NCBI RefSeq assembly: GCF_006345805.1
Contig: NC_042997.1
Location: 112,530,001-112,594,000 of the forward strand
Direction of reading: 5' to 3'
Length of the DNA stretch: 64,000 nt
From: Octopus sinensis
Taxonomy: Eukaryota
Under the pieces are notes generated by a model. That model was not told where the DNA came from. It did no database searches and worked only from the letters and a program-made list of their open reading frames with translations. Every line of letters starts with the position of its first letter. The first letter of the stretch is position 1. This document shows, piece after piece, positions 52,489 to 64,000 of the stretch. The translations under genes and the position numbers were made by a program.

Positions 52489-52963
52489 CCCTTTCGTTAC
52501 CAACCTGCTTGAAACCAGCTCTAGCTCTGTAGTACAAATGTCTTGTTTTCATAAGTTCTGAATTAAAATCTTCCACCAAACCTTAGTCACAATTTATGCT
52601 CCTAACACTAGCTTAATGAAAATTAAGTTATTTTACTAAATTCTTTGTTATATTCAAAATTAATTGAAAGAAACCCAGAGTATCTCAACAGAAATATGGT
52701 AACAAAAGGATCAAAATATATAATAGAGAAACAATTCTTAACTCTTTCAATACCAACCTGGCTGAAATCACCAATGGCTCTGTAGTACAAATGTCTTGTT
52801 TTCAAAACTTTTCAATTAAAACCTTCTACCAAACCTTAGTCACAATTTATGCTCCTAACACTAGCTTAATGATAACTAAGTTATTTTACTAAATTCTTTG
52901 TTATATTTAAAATTAATTGAAATAAACACCAAGAATCTCAAAATAAATACAGTAACAAAAGGG
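52489..52963. mobile_element. piggyBac-type MITE dimer
   Basis: Two tandem units of about 225 bp bounded by TTAA-CCC..GGG-TTAA. Confidence 0.8.
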
Positions 52964-53962
52964 TTAACTAACATGCAATCTTTTGTGGAAGGTTTTAATT
53001 TAGATCATTTTAGAAGATGACATCTATACAAACAGAACCAGGGACAGCCTTGGGTGAGAAATTATCATAAGAGTTGTAGAATTATGGTTGTTGTTTTATT
53101 TTTTACACAATTTTATACTTAACAAAACTTTCAACAATTCACAAAATAGAAAAATAAGTCATTAAAAGACTGAAAATATATTTTGAAATTTAAAATCTTT
53201 GAATAATGGAAAGAAAGTAAAAAATTATTTTACTGTCATTTAACAAAATCATTCTCAATCCACACCATCACCCTCTCTCCCTTTCTCTAACTCCTAATAT
53301 TACACTTTCCCTTCTACTTCTCCCCTTCTGCTCCTCCCTCCTTATCTGATACTCTCCCTACAACCACCCTCTCCCAATAATAACCCTATTCTTCCCACCA
53401 TAGTGTTTAGCTTTCATTTGTCTGAGTCGGTAGATTGTGGTCATGCTGGGGCACCACCTCGAAGAATTTTAGTCAAACAAATTGACCACAGCACTTGTGT
53501 TTCAAAGTCTAGTATCAGTCTCTTTTGCTGAACCACTAAGTTACGAGGTTATAAACATACCAACACTGGTTGTCAAGCAGTGACAAGGAACACACACACA
53601 GAACAGGCTTCATTCAGTTTCCATTTACCAAATCCTCTCCCAAAGCTTTGGTCAGTCCTAGGCTATAGTAGAAGACACTTGCCCAAGCAACTAAAACTGA
53701 AACCCTTCAAAGTTTTGGCCCAGTGACCCAGTGGTCTAGTAACCCAGTTCGCAGTGCAATGACTAAAACAACAACAGAAATTAAAAGAAAAAAAAGCAAA
53801 ATGTGAAACTGCATCAAATCTTTTATCCACCCTGCAACCCCAACCCCCACCTTAACATCTCAAGTGATCAGAGTTTTGCCATTCATTCCACGACATATCT
53901 AAGACATTGCCATGTTAAGAGGAGGGGTAGTGAAGGGGTGGATATTTTACTATTTTACTTAC

Positions 53963-54181
53963 TCGTGGTAGTATTGGTTTCTGTTCCAGGTTTTTTCTCC
54001 TCGCTCTCTTCTTGTGTTCTTTGCTCTTCTCTCCAGCGCTGGGCAGCATCGGCACAGAGTTCCCGTGCTTTTAAGCTTGCTGGTGTTGCACCCTTTGCAA
54101 TTGCATCTATGACAACGTCATCAATATTCAGTAATGCTGCATCGTAGTAATGTGCAATGTCAGTAGCCGTTGTGGATTTTC
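53963..54181 (-). CDS. HYDIN: HYDIN exon, 219 bp, phase 1-1
   Basis: GKSTTATDIAHYYDAALLNIDDVVIDAIAKGATPASLKARELCADAA completes the P-loop HGSPFSGKST; ctgtag acceptor, GTAAG donor. Confidence 0.92.
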
Positions 54182-55213
54182 CTACAGAAAAAGAAGACAC
54201 CACAAAGAAATGACAAAGAAAGTTGTTATATTATGGGAGTATAATTATACCAATAACCCCCGCACACACACACACTGGTTCTGTTTTCATCATCATCATC
54301 GTTTAACGTTTGTTTTCCATGCTAGCATGGGTTGGACAGTTCGACCGGGATCTGGGAAACCAGGAGGCTGCACCAGGCGCCAGTCTGATCTGGCAGTGTT
54401 TCTACAGCTGGATGCCCTTCCTAACGCCAACCACTCTGTGAGTGTAGTGGGTGCTTTTTACGTGCCACCGGCACAGGTGCCAGGCGAGGCTGGCAATGAC
54501 CACGATCAGTTGGTGCTTTTCATGTGCCACCGGCACGGAGGCCAATCGAGGTGGCACTAGCAACAGCCACGTTTGGATGGTTCTTTTACATGCCACCGGC
54601 ACTGCTATCACAACTACAATTTCCATTGATTTTTGATCGATCATTAATCAACTGATTAATCATTTAACCAATTAACAAATCAGTTGCTTGATTAATTGTT
54701 TGGTCAATCAATCAGCTAGATTCATTGGAGTCCCTTCGTCACCATTTGCAATCTCATCAATGACCTGCCCTCTCTAATCTGGGTCTGTTTGTCTCCTAGT
54801 TTACAGATTCCATCATCATCATCATCAAAATTCAGTGTCCGTTCTTTTCCATGCTTACATGGTTGGCTGCTTTGACATGAGCTGGTAAGGCCCAGAGTCA
54901 CACCAGGCCCTGCTGTTTGTTTTGGAATGGTTTCTATGGTTGGATGCCTTTCCTAATGCCAACCACTTTTACAGATTGTGCTGGGTGCTTTTTACAAGGC
55001 AGTAGCACAGGTGTTTTATACATGGCGCCAGCATGGGGGCGTTTGACATGGTACCAGCACCCACAGCTGAGGGAGGGAGTGGAACTGTGAGATTAGAGTA
55101 TGACAGAGGTACAGAGATAGCCCTTTCACTATTGTGAAGATATGTAACATATCGTATAATTATAAAAGGGTGAAATTTAGCCATTTCTCTGCAGACTGAA
55201 AAAATGATGAACA

Positions 55214-55252
55214 ACCTTAATTTTCAAACCTTATTGTGTTCTCATCAGAGGT
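55214..55252 (-). ncRNA. Ultra-minimal type I hammerhead with intact core
   Basis: acct-CTGATGA-gaac acaataag gttt-GAAA-at-TA-aggt; stem III is only the palindrome AATT. Confidence 0.68.
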
Positions 55253-56836
55253 GTCTACATCATTTTGACAGTCTCCAGAGAAACAAGCAGCCAAACTGTT
55301 TATATACTCGACAAATGCAGCAGTTATTCTATGAAGAAGTCCCTAATTTGCATACCGAAAGTGTTTAACACTATAAATACCAGCGGCCTGTCATTGGGGA
55401 TCTTAGTCCACACAGTATCAAGGTATGATCAAACTCGGTGACTGGCATCCGTTGCTAGTGGAGCGTTAAGAGTACCATACGAGTGAGATCATTGCCAGAG
55501 CAACAAGCTGGCCTTCGTGCCGATGGCACGTTAAACACACCATTCAAGTGTGATTGTTACCACGTCACCTTACTAGCACTTGTGCTGGTAGCATGTGAAA
55601 CATTCGAGCGAGGTCGTCGCCAGTGCCGCTGGACTAGCTCCCGTGCAGGTGGCACATAAAAAGCACCATTTGGGTGTGGTCGTTGCCAGTACCACCCAAC
55701 TGGCCTTTGTGCCGGTGGCACGTAAAAGCACCCACTACAATCTCGGAGTGGTTGGCATTAGGAAGGGCATCTAGCTGTAGAAACTCTGCCAGATCAAGAT
55801 TGGAGTCTGGTTCGCCAGACCTCAGTCAAATCGTCCAACCCATGCTAACATGGAAAGTGGACATTAAATGATGATGATGTAACATATGGTATAATTATAA
55901 CCAGGGCAAATTTTAGCCATTTCTCCATACCTTGGTAAGGCATGGAAGGAGAGGAAGGTGAGAGAAAGTTAGAGACAGAGAGACACATATATATTTATGG
56001 GTGCACTGAGAATGTCAGAGAGAGACAGACAGACAGACAGAGACACAAGGAGAGAGAGAGAACAATATTGTATGTCATACAAACAGTCCTGGAATAGAGA
56101 GGGCATGTCATTGAGGGAGGGAAAAAAGGAGAAGAATCAGAATGTATATTTAGAAGAGGAGGAGAAAAACTTGTTGAGAGGGAAATACACTGAGAGAGAA
56201 AGAGAGAAAGAAAGATAGATAGATAGTGTTATTCACCATAAGTTTTCATTAAAAACATGGTAGTTTTAAGTGCAAGTCTGTCAACACAACACAGAGCAGA
56301 CTTTAAAAAATAGCTATGTATGTATGTATATATATATATATATATAATACATATAATACAAATGACAACAAACCTGGCTGATTGATTGATTGAATAAATG
56401 TATGATTAAACAATCAATGAGTTGATTGGTTAAATGATTAACATCTAATTAAGAAGCCCAAATAAATAACCATTATTATCATTTCCATTATTATTATTAT
56501 TATTACTAGTCAGTATCTATTGCTATGCTGCCGGGTAATCAGCCAGTCAAGATGAAATGGATCCTTCAGCGGAAGCCAACTGCAAGAATAGGTTCAACAA
56601 CAAACCTGTTTTTTTTTTAAACATATTTTAATTCTATCTTACACACACACACTATTTCTCTCAACAAGAACAACAACAACATGACATCATAGAGAAATTT
56701 CTTTTTTCAAAGTCTGTGTTGCATTGTCTATATGTTGAAAGATGTACAGAAACTCACACACACACACAGAAACATGCACACACACAAACAACCAAATAAA
56801 TAACTATATGTATTATATATATGTATTATATATATG

Positions 56837-56866
<30 letters not shown>

Positions 56867-56870
<4 letters not shown>

Positions 56871-57090
56871 GTAAATGTAATATGTGACAATTATTCGGTA
56901 GCCATGATATAACTCTGAGCTTCGGATGCCGAGGTGGAAATCCACACCGCCATCACTTCAGTTATCCGGCCATCGGACCGAGTTTCGGAGGCTACCAAAT
57001 AATTGTCACATATTACATTTACAGATACATTCCTCTATTTACATAATATTGAGGTCTCTTTCTTTCTTTTGTTGTCTTACCGTTTTTATC
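56867..57090 (-). mobile_element. PLE-terminal-like fragment with 37-bp inverted arms enclosing decayed HHR motifs
   Basis: Arms 56867-56903 and 56990-57026; gataa-CTGAAGT..GAAG-ctcagagtt-atatc; flanked by (TA)n. Confidence 0.5.
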
Positions 57091-59375
57091 AATATATATA
57101 TATACATAGCTATTTTTTAAAGTCTGCACTGTGTTGTGTTGACAGACTTGCACTTAAAACTACCATGTTTTTAATGAAAACTTGTTAGTTACTATGGTGA
57201 TAACACTATCTTTCTTTCTTTCTTTGTCTCTCTCTCTGTATTTCCCTCAACAAGTTTTTCTCCTCCCCTTCTAAGTATACATTCTGATTCTTCTCCTTTT
57301 TCCCTCCCTCTAATAGATGTTGTGACAGACAGGCAGATGGCGATCAGCTTCTCTTTTACAATTTAAGATTATTAAACAAAATGCTTAGCAGTATTTTTTC
57401 CAGTTTTCCATTCAGAGTTCAATTTCCACCAAAGTTGACTTAGCTTTTCACCCTTTCAGCGTTGATGAAATACATAACAGTTCAGTACTGGGGTCAATGA
57501 CTTTGACCACTCATGCATCCACTAAAAAATTTCAAGCCTTGTGACTACAACAGAAAAGATTATAATTATTACTTTCAAGGTGGCAGGCTGGCAAAACTGG
57601 CACCATGCTGGTGAGCTGGCAGAATCATTAGCACAATAGGCAAAATGCTTAGTGACATTTTGTCCACCTCAACGTTCTGAGTTCAAATTCCACCAAGGTC
57701 AGCTCTGCCTTTTATTCCCTTCAGGGTCAATAAAATAAACACCAGTTATGCACTGGGATCAATTTAATCAACTAGATCCCCCTCCCCCAAAGTTTCAGGC
57801 CTTGTGCCTATAGTAGAAAGGATTATTATCATTCTATATCTCTCTCTCATCCTGTACTCAACCATCCCATTTATATTCTGATCTTTATCCCTTGTGAGAA
57901 CGCCTGACATTTTGTCACCATCTCCATCCTGCTTTCTCCAAACTCTCTCTCTCCTTCTCCTACTCTTCCCTTAGGTTGGGTAACCATGTATTACTTTTGT
58001 GACAGCACACCTGTTCTTGTCCTCATTCCTGATCTCTCTCTCTCTCTCTCTCTCTGACCAGGTAACCTTTTACCTCCTCTACAGCAAGACACCCGTTTCT
58101 GTCTCTGTCTCACTATAACCGATCACCTCCTCCAATGCCCCCTCCATTCACAAAAGATTTTTTTGTCTTACAAGGTACTTGGTGACCCTGACAAGGCAGG
58201 TGCCACTTAAAAAGCATCAAATCCACACTGTAAAATGGTTGGCATTTGGAAGGGCCTCCAGCTGTAAAAACCTTGCCAAAACTGACCTCGCCTGTGCTTG
58301 TGCCACATAAAAGTCACTAAGTTCACCTTGCTGAGTTGTTGCTGTTAGGAAGGGCAACCAGCTGTAAAAATCCTGCCAAAACAGTTCCAGAAGTCTGGTG
58401 CAGGTTTCTGCCTGGCTGGTTCCTGTCAAAATGTCCCACCCATGCCAGCATGGAAGATAGATGTTAAATGATTATTATTATTATTATTATTATATTATTA
58501 TTATTATTGTTGTTATTGTTATATTATTTCATTTTTTAAACTTTTAATCTGCATGTTTGTTACAGTCATTTGCCAAGATACACCCAGCATCCTGAGGTGA
58601 GTGAAGGATAAGAGATGTTACAATATGACTGAAAGTTTGAGAAGGGGAGATAGTGAAATATTTTCATTTAATACAACACAGACATTTAAATGGATAAGGT
58701 GTTTCTAAGGATGTGGGAAGTACTTGTCAGTACAATCTTTTGGATTTCTCTAAGACATGGTTCTCCTGGGATCTTATGTAGATGTTTCTCACATCCCTTT
58801 TTTATCATACCTGGGATAGCTACAATAACAGGAACAATTCTCGCTTAAAAATATCACATCTTTTATATTTCAATTTCCAGATCCTTATATCTACTTAGTT
58901 TGTCAAATTCCTTTACAGATATATTTTTATCAGTGGGAAAATTTACATCCATTATTATTATTATTATTATTATTATTTTACAAACTACATGTCAATTTGT
59001 ACTAAACTGTATCAAGAATGAAAAAGAATACAATTTCAAGTAAAAGAATTTAAGGTGCCATGTAAAAAATGCTGGTGACACATTAAAAGCACCCAGTACA
59101 CTCAGTAAAGTGGTTGACATTAGGAAGGGCATTCAATCATAGAAACCATGCCAAAGCAGATAATGCAGCTCCTGGCCTTGCCAGTTCTGGTCAGACTGTC
59201 AAACCCATGCCAGAATGGAAAGTGAACACTAAATGATGATGATGGTGAAGGCTGCATGATAAATTCTAAATAATTTTAAAACAAAAATTTTCTGTATTGT
59301 TTTTGCTTCTTGAGATATTTCAACCAAAGACTCAAACTGAAGAATAATTTTGGGGTTCCTAACTACAGAACTCAC

Positions 59376-59537
59376 CAGAAAACGGTGACCCATGTATGAT
59401 GATGGCTATTCCCCTTCTGTTTCGTGCTGCTTGACCATCGGGAGACAGATCAATTCCAAGATAACGTGTAATGGCAGCAGCAACTGGTGTCATTTCAAGT
59501 TCCCCAACGCCAGAACTGTCAGCATCTCTCACTTTCG
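59376..59537 (-). CDS. HYDIN: HYDIN exon, 162 bp, phase 1-1
   Basis: AKVRDADSSGVGELEMTPVAAAITRYLGIDLSPDGQAARNRRGIAIIIHGSPFS closely resembles the conserved HYDIN segment (ARHLGID..ARNRRGIAIIIHG); tttcag acceptor, GTGAG donor. Confidence 0.93.
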
Positions 59538-59702
59538 CTGAAAAATCAAACATAGAAGAGAGGTTTTAGGTTAAGGCTGAGGTTCAAAGCAACACTATTG
59601 TATTAAGAGGATAACAGCAGGATGGTCTTGGGCTACTTGTGCCCATTATCAGTTGTGAACATCTGGCAGGATGATGATGATGATAAAAAGTATAATGGAA
59701 TA

Positions 59703-60610
59703 TTGGGTCATCCCATAAGTAATGTGGTTTTTCCAATTGCATGAACTAAAAATTGGAGGAGGATGGGATAAACTACCTGCATCAACTTGCTATAAAAGCA
59801 GGTAGTAATTTTACCTTGTCCTTATTCTTAGTGCAGGTTTTGAAGAGTGCAGTTCAATTTTAACAGTTATTTTTTCAAAGCTATATTGGAAGTGACAAAG
59901 GAGCATATTTGGTATATTTTGCTTTGAGTTCAATAAAGGCAACAACACAATGGAAAGTGCGAGGAATATTAATGCAGTATATGGGGATCGGACAATAAGT
60001 GTAAGCTAGTGTCAATAGTGGTTCCAGAAATTCCAAGCCAGAAACTACAGCCTAGAAGACAAGCCTTGTTCTAGAAGATCTGTATGCTCAACAAGGAAGT
60101 CCTGCAAACCCCTGTGAAAAAAATCCCATTGTAACTGTTGAGGAACAAACACAGAAGCTTGGATTTGGTCATTCAACCAGTCATTAAAGTCAACACTACA
60201 AGAAAAACAACCATCTTTGGTTTGAAGATAAAATATGTTCTTCAATCAGGATAATGCTTGACCACATACAACAGGGATGGCATTCCATAGGCTGGAGTAG
60301 TTTGAATGGGAAACAATGCCCCCCACACAATATTTGCTGGACATTGCCCCATCTGATTATCATTTATTTTGCATTCTTTAAAACCATTTGGATGGAAAGA
60401 ATATGAATTATGATGAGGTAAGAACAGTACTGGAGGAGTATCTTTCATCACGGACAAGTGAATTTTGGAAAAGGGGCCTTGCAAGTCTACCAGATAAATG
60501 GAAGAGCATTGTAGAAAATGAATGATATTTTAGATTAAAGAAGAACTTTATCTTAATTTTGAAAAATAAAAGAAGTACAAAAAAACTGCATTATTTATCA
60601 GATGCCCCAA
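59703..60610 (+). mobile_element. Internally deleted, decayed mariner
   Basis: TA flanks; TIRs ttgggtcatcccataagtaatg / cattatttatcagatgccccaa; remnants resembling WFQKF..NYSLED, FNQDNA and IAPSDYHLF. Confidence 0.85.
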
Positions 60611-60896
60611 TACAGAAAATTGAAAACATTGGTGTGACTCAGGCAACATGGTTAGAGTTTAGTAAGATAACAGGGTAACATCATTAGAAGGGTAGGGAGG
60701 GAGGAAGATGAGAGGAAATGAAATAGAATAAAATAAAATAAAAATAAAACAAGATATGATACCATAAAGCGGAGAAGTGAAAGAAAAGAAAATAAACGAA
60801 AATAATATAAAATACACAGAGGATAGTAGAGTAGAAGGAGGTTTAATTTTCTGTAATAGGTTGGGGGATATAAAAGGCTTTTTTAAAAGATCTTAA

Positions 60897-61371
60897 ACTC
60901 TTTTGTTACCAACCTGGCTGAAACTGCCTCTGGCTCTGTAGTACAAATGTCTTGTTTTCATAAGTTTTGAATTAAAATCTTCCACCAAACCTTAGTCACA
61001 ATTTATGTTCCTAACACTAGCTTAATGATAACTAAGTTATTTTACTAAATTTTTTGTTAAATTTTAAATTAATTGAAAGAAACACAGAGCATCTCAAAAT
61101 AAATATGGTAACAAAAGGGTTAAAATATATAAGGTAGAAACAATTCTTAACCCTTTTTATGCCAACCTGGCTGAAACCAGTTCTGGCTCTGTAGTACAAA
61201 TGTCTTGTTTTCATAAGTTTTGAATTAAAATCGTCCACCAAACCTAAGTCACAATTTATATTCCTAACATTAGCTTAATGATAACTAAGTTATTTTACTA
61301 ACCTCTTTGCTATATCTAAAGTAATTAAAAGAAATACAGAACATCTCAACATAAATACAGTAAGAAAAGGG
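60897..61371. mobile_element. piggyBac-type MITE dimer
   Basis: Two tandem units bounded by TTAA; linker very similar to that of the 52.5-kb dimer. Confidence 0.8.
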
Positions 61372-61842
61372 TTAAAGGTTTATGGATGTAGATGTTTTAT
61401 AAGTTTTAAAAGTTTAAAAAATTTTTAAGCTTTAAAAGTTTAAGGATATATAAAAGGTATGTGGATATAGAAATAGGTATAAAAGTAGGTAGGTAGGTAG
61501 GTAGGTAGATGGATAGACAGATAAATGGGTTGATAGCAAGATAGACAAATCAATGTGTGTATGGTGTAGATATATATCTAGATGGATGAATGAATGGACG
61601 GACAGACAGACAGATTGATTGAGTAATTGATAGATAGATATTGATAGATAGATAGCTAAATTGATACATAGATAGATAAAGGGATTGATAGGTAGATAGA
61701 TATTAATAAAATATAACATGAAGAGGCTTTGTAGTCTGATAGTTTGTTAAGTGAGGAAGAATATATGACTAATTTTCTGTGAAGCTTTTACAAACACCTG
61801 CAGATTTAGCAAACAATACTAATTAGTAAAAAAAGAACCCAC

Positions 61843-62004
61843 CTTCTTCTATGTCATCAACATTCAACTTTTCAGTTTGTTCCACACTTTCCAAAGTCAC
61901 ATTTTCAGGTGATGTACATTTACTGGTGAAAGGAGGTATAATCACTTCTATTAAATTCTCTGCAGAATCATATTTTTTCACCTCGATGCCTTCAGTTTCT
62001 GTAT
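61843..62004 (-). CDS. HYDIN: HYDIN-like internal exon (first in window), 162 bp, phase 1-1
   Basis: ttgtag acceptor and GTGGG donor; reads DTETEGIEVKKYDSAENLIEV...DDIEE; phase fits the next exon. The sequence itself is poorly conserved, so the call rests on splice and phase logic. Confidence 0.7.
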
Positions 62005-64000
62005 CTACAACATAAAACAAGTTTGCTGTGAATTATATTCTTCCATTTTAAATAGAGTAAGGTGGGGTTATGAACTCATTTGCATACAGCCAATCAGAGC
62101 TCAACTATCAAACTACTGTCCACCTGGTCACGAAAATACTCTGAGTTCAGTGGAAAATGTACGTTATAGCAAAATCTAACTGTTCTACACAGGTTAACAG
62201 GGGTGACAAATGTGAAATTTAGTGTATAAAATGAATGGAGAGCTGCTCACTGATAATGCCATAAGTGTTGCCAATTTGTGCAATTTACTAGAAAATGTAA
62301 ATGAGTCGAGCGTGATCGGAGCACAATCCGAGCGTGATTGTTGCCAGAGCAGCCAACTGGCTTCCATGCCAGTGGCACATAAAAGGGCACCATTCAAGCG
62401 TGATCGTTACCAACGTTGCCTAACTGGTACCTGTGGCAGTGGCATGTGTAAAAAGATTCAAGCGAGGTCATTGCCAGTACTGCCTGATTGGCCCCCGTGC
62501 CGGTGGCACGTAAAAGCACTCACTACACTCTCGGAGTGGTTGGCATTAGGAAGGGCATCCAGCTGTAGAAACTTTGCCAGATCAAGATTGGAGCCTGGTG
62601 CAGCCATCTGGTTCGCCAGCCCTCACTCAAAATTGTCCAACTCATGATAGCATGGAAAGCGGACGATAACCGATGATGATGATGATGATTACCTAATTTT
62701 TTTACTAATTTTGTATATTCCTAAATTAAAATGTTGGTGTTGATCTGGAAACATCATAATCAATATGGTGCTGTGTTGTATTGCACCCTCCTTGCATTTA
62801 TCAATGGGTACATGCAGTATCCCTAATCTCAGTCTGAGCATAAGTACCTAATGTTAGCTCCTGTCCCTCTATTATACTTTCACCTTCTCGCATCACCTGA
62901 CACAAAGCCACCTCCCTTAACACTACCTCAACTCTCAATTGAAGTAGCTTGCTTTTCAAGTTGCTTAGAATTTCTCACAAGTTTTGATGCCACGTATAAA
63001 GTGCCCAGTGCACTCTGTAATGTGATTCTGTTCATCGTTGTCATTCATCCTCATCATTAAATATCTGTTTTTCATGCAGGCATGGGTTGGGCAAGTCAGA
63101 AGTCTGCTCCAGGTCCCATTGCTGTTTTGGCATGGTTTCTTCAGCTGGATGCCCTTCCTAATGCTTCAGGCCAACCAAAGACACAAAGACACACACACAC
63201 ACATAATGGGCTTCTTTCAGTTTCCGTCTACCAAATCCACTCACAAAGCTTTGGTTTGCCAAACCAGCAATGGGACTTGGGGCAGACTTCTGACTTGCCA
63301 GCCCCTGTTGAACCATCCAACCCATACTCTTTTACTTGTTTCAGTCATTTGACTGTGGCCATGCTGGAGCACCGCCTTTAGTTGAGCAAATCAACCCCAG
63401 GATTTATTCTTTGTAAGCCTAGTACTTATTCTATCGGTCTCTTTTGCTGAAACGCTAAGTTACGGGGACGTAAACACACCAGCATCGGTTGTCAAGCAAT
63501 GTTGGGGGGACAAACACAAACACATAAATACACACACACATACATATATATACGACGGGCTTCTTTCAGTTTCCATCTACCAAATCCATTCACAAGGCTT
63601 TGGTCGGCCCGAGGCTATAGTAGAAGACACTTGCCCAAGGTGCCACGCAGTGGGAATGAACCCAGAACCATGTGGTTGGGAAGCAAGCTACTTACCACAC
63701 AGCCACTCCTGCACCCATGCCAGCATGAAAAACATATTTAATGATGATGATGAACGACAATGATGAACAAAACTATAAAATCTAAAGACACAACATCCCC
63801 AAATCTTTTATCTTTTACTTGTTTCAGCCATTAGACTGTGGTCATGCTGGGGCACAGCCTTACAGAATTTTTAGTCAAATGAATCAATTCCAGTCCCTTT
63901 TCTTTTAAAGCCTCGTACTTATTCTATCAGCCTCTTTTGTCAAATGATGGTGGTGGGCGTGACAAACATAGACACAAAGACACACACATAATGGGTTTCT

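Noticed and set aside
62068-62090. Octamer (ATTTGCAT) plus CCAAT box
   Set aside because: Short motifs inside an intron with no supporting transcription unit.

Overview
Eukaryotic, AT-rich, repeat-dense genomic DNA, most likely an octopus (coleoid cephalopod); this is inferred from the SINE and RTE repeat families, not from a database search. The window holds ten internal minus-strand exons (1510 bp, about 503 codons, all GT-AG, phases compatible) of a HYDIN orthologue, including its adenylate-kinase-like P-loop region. The introns contain tRNA-derived SINEs, RTE/CR1/R4 LINE fragments, two mariners, two non-autonomous Helitrons, hAT/pogo/piggyBac-type MITEs and microsatellites. The most notable content is a Penelope-like (PLE) and hammerhead-ribozyme (HHR) system. 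It comprises a 3-kb near-perfect palindrome of two 5'-truncated Naiad-type PLE copies, a second Naiad, and about 13 minimal type-I HHR motifs or half-motifs, most with palindromic stem III. Several HHRs sit in 290-365 bp non-coding units with terminal redundancy (retrozyme-like), some use a compensatory U3:A8 core, and one copy starts exactly at the predicted self-cleavage site. All structures were read by eye; no folding, alignment or search was run.
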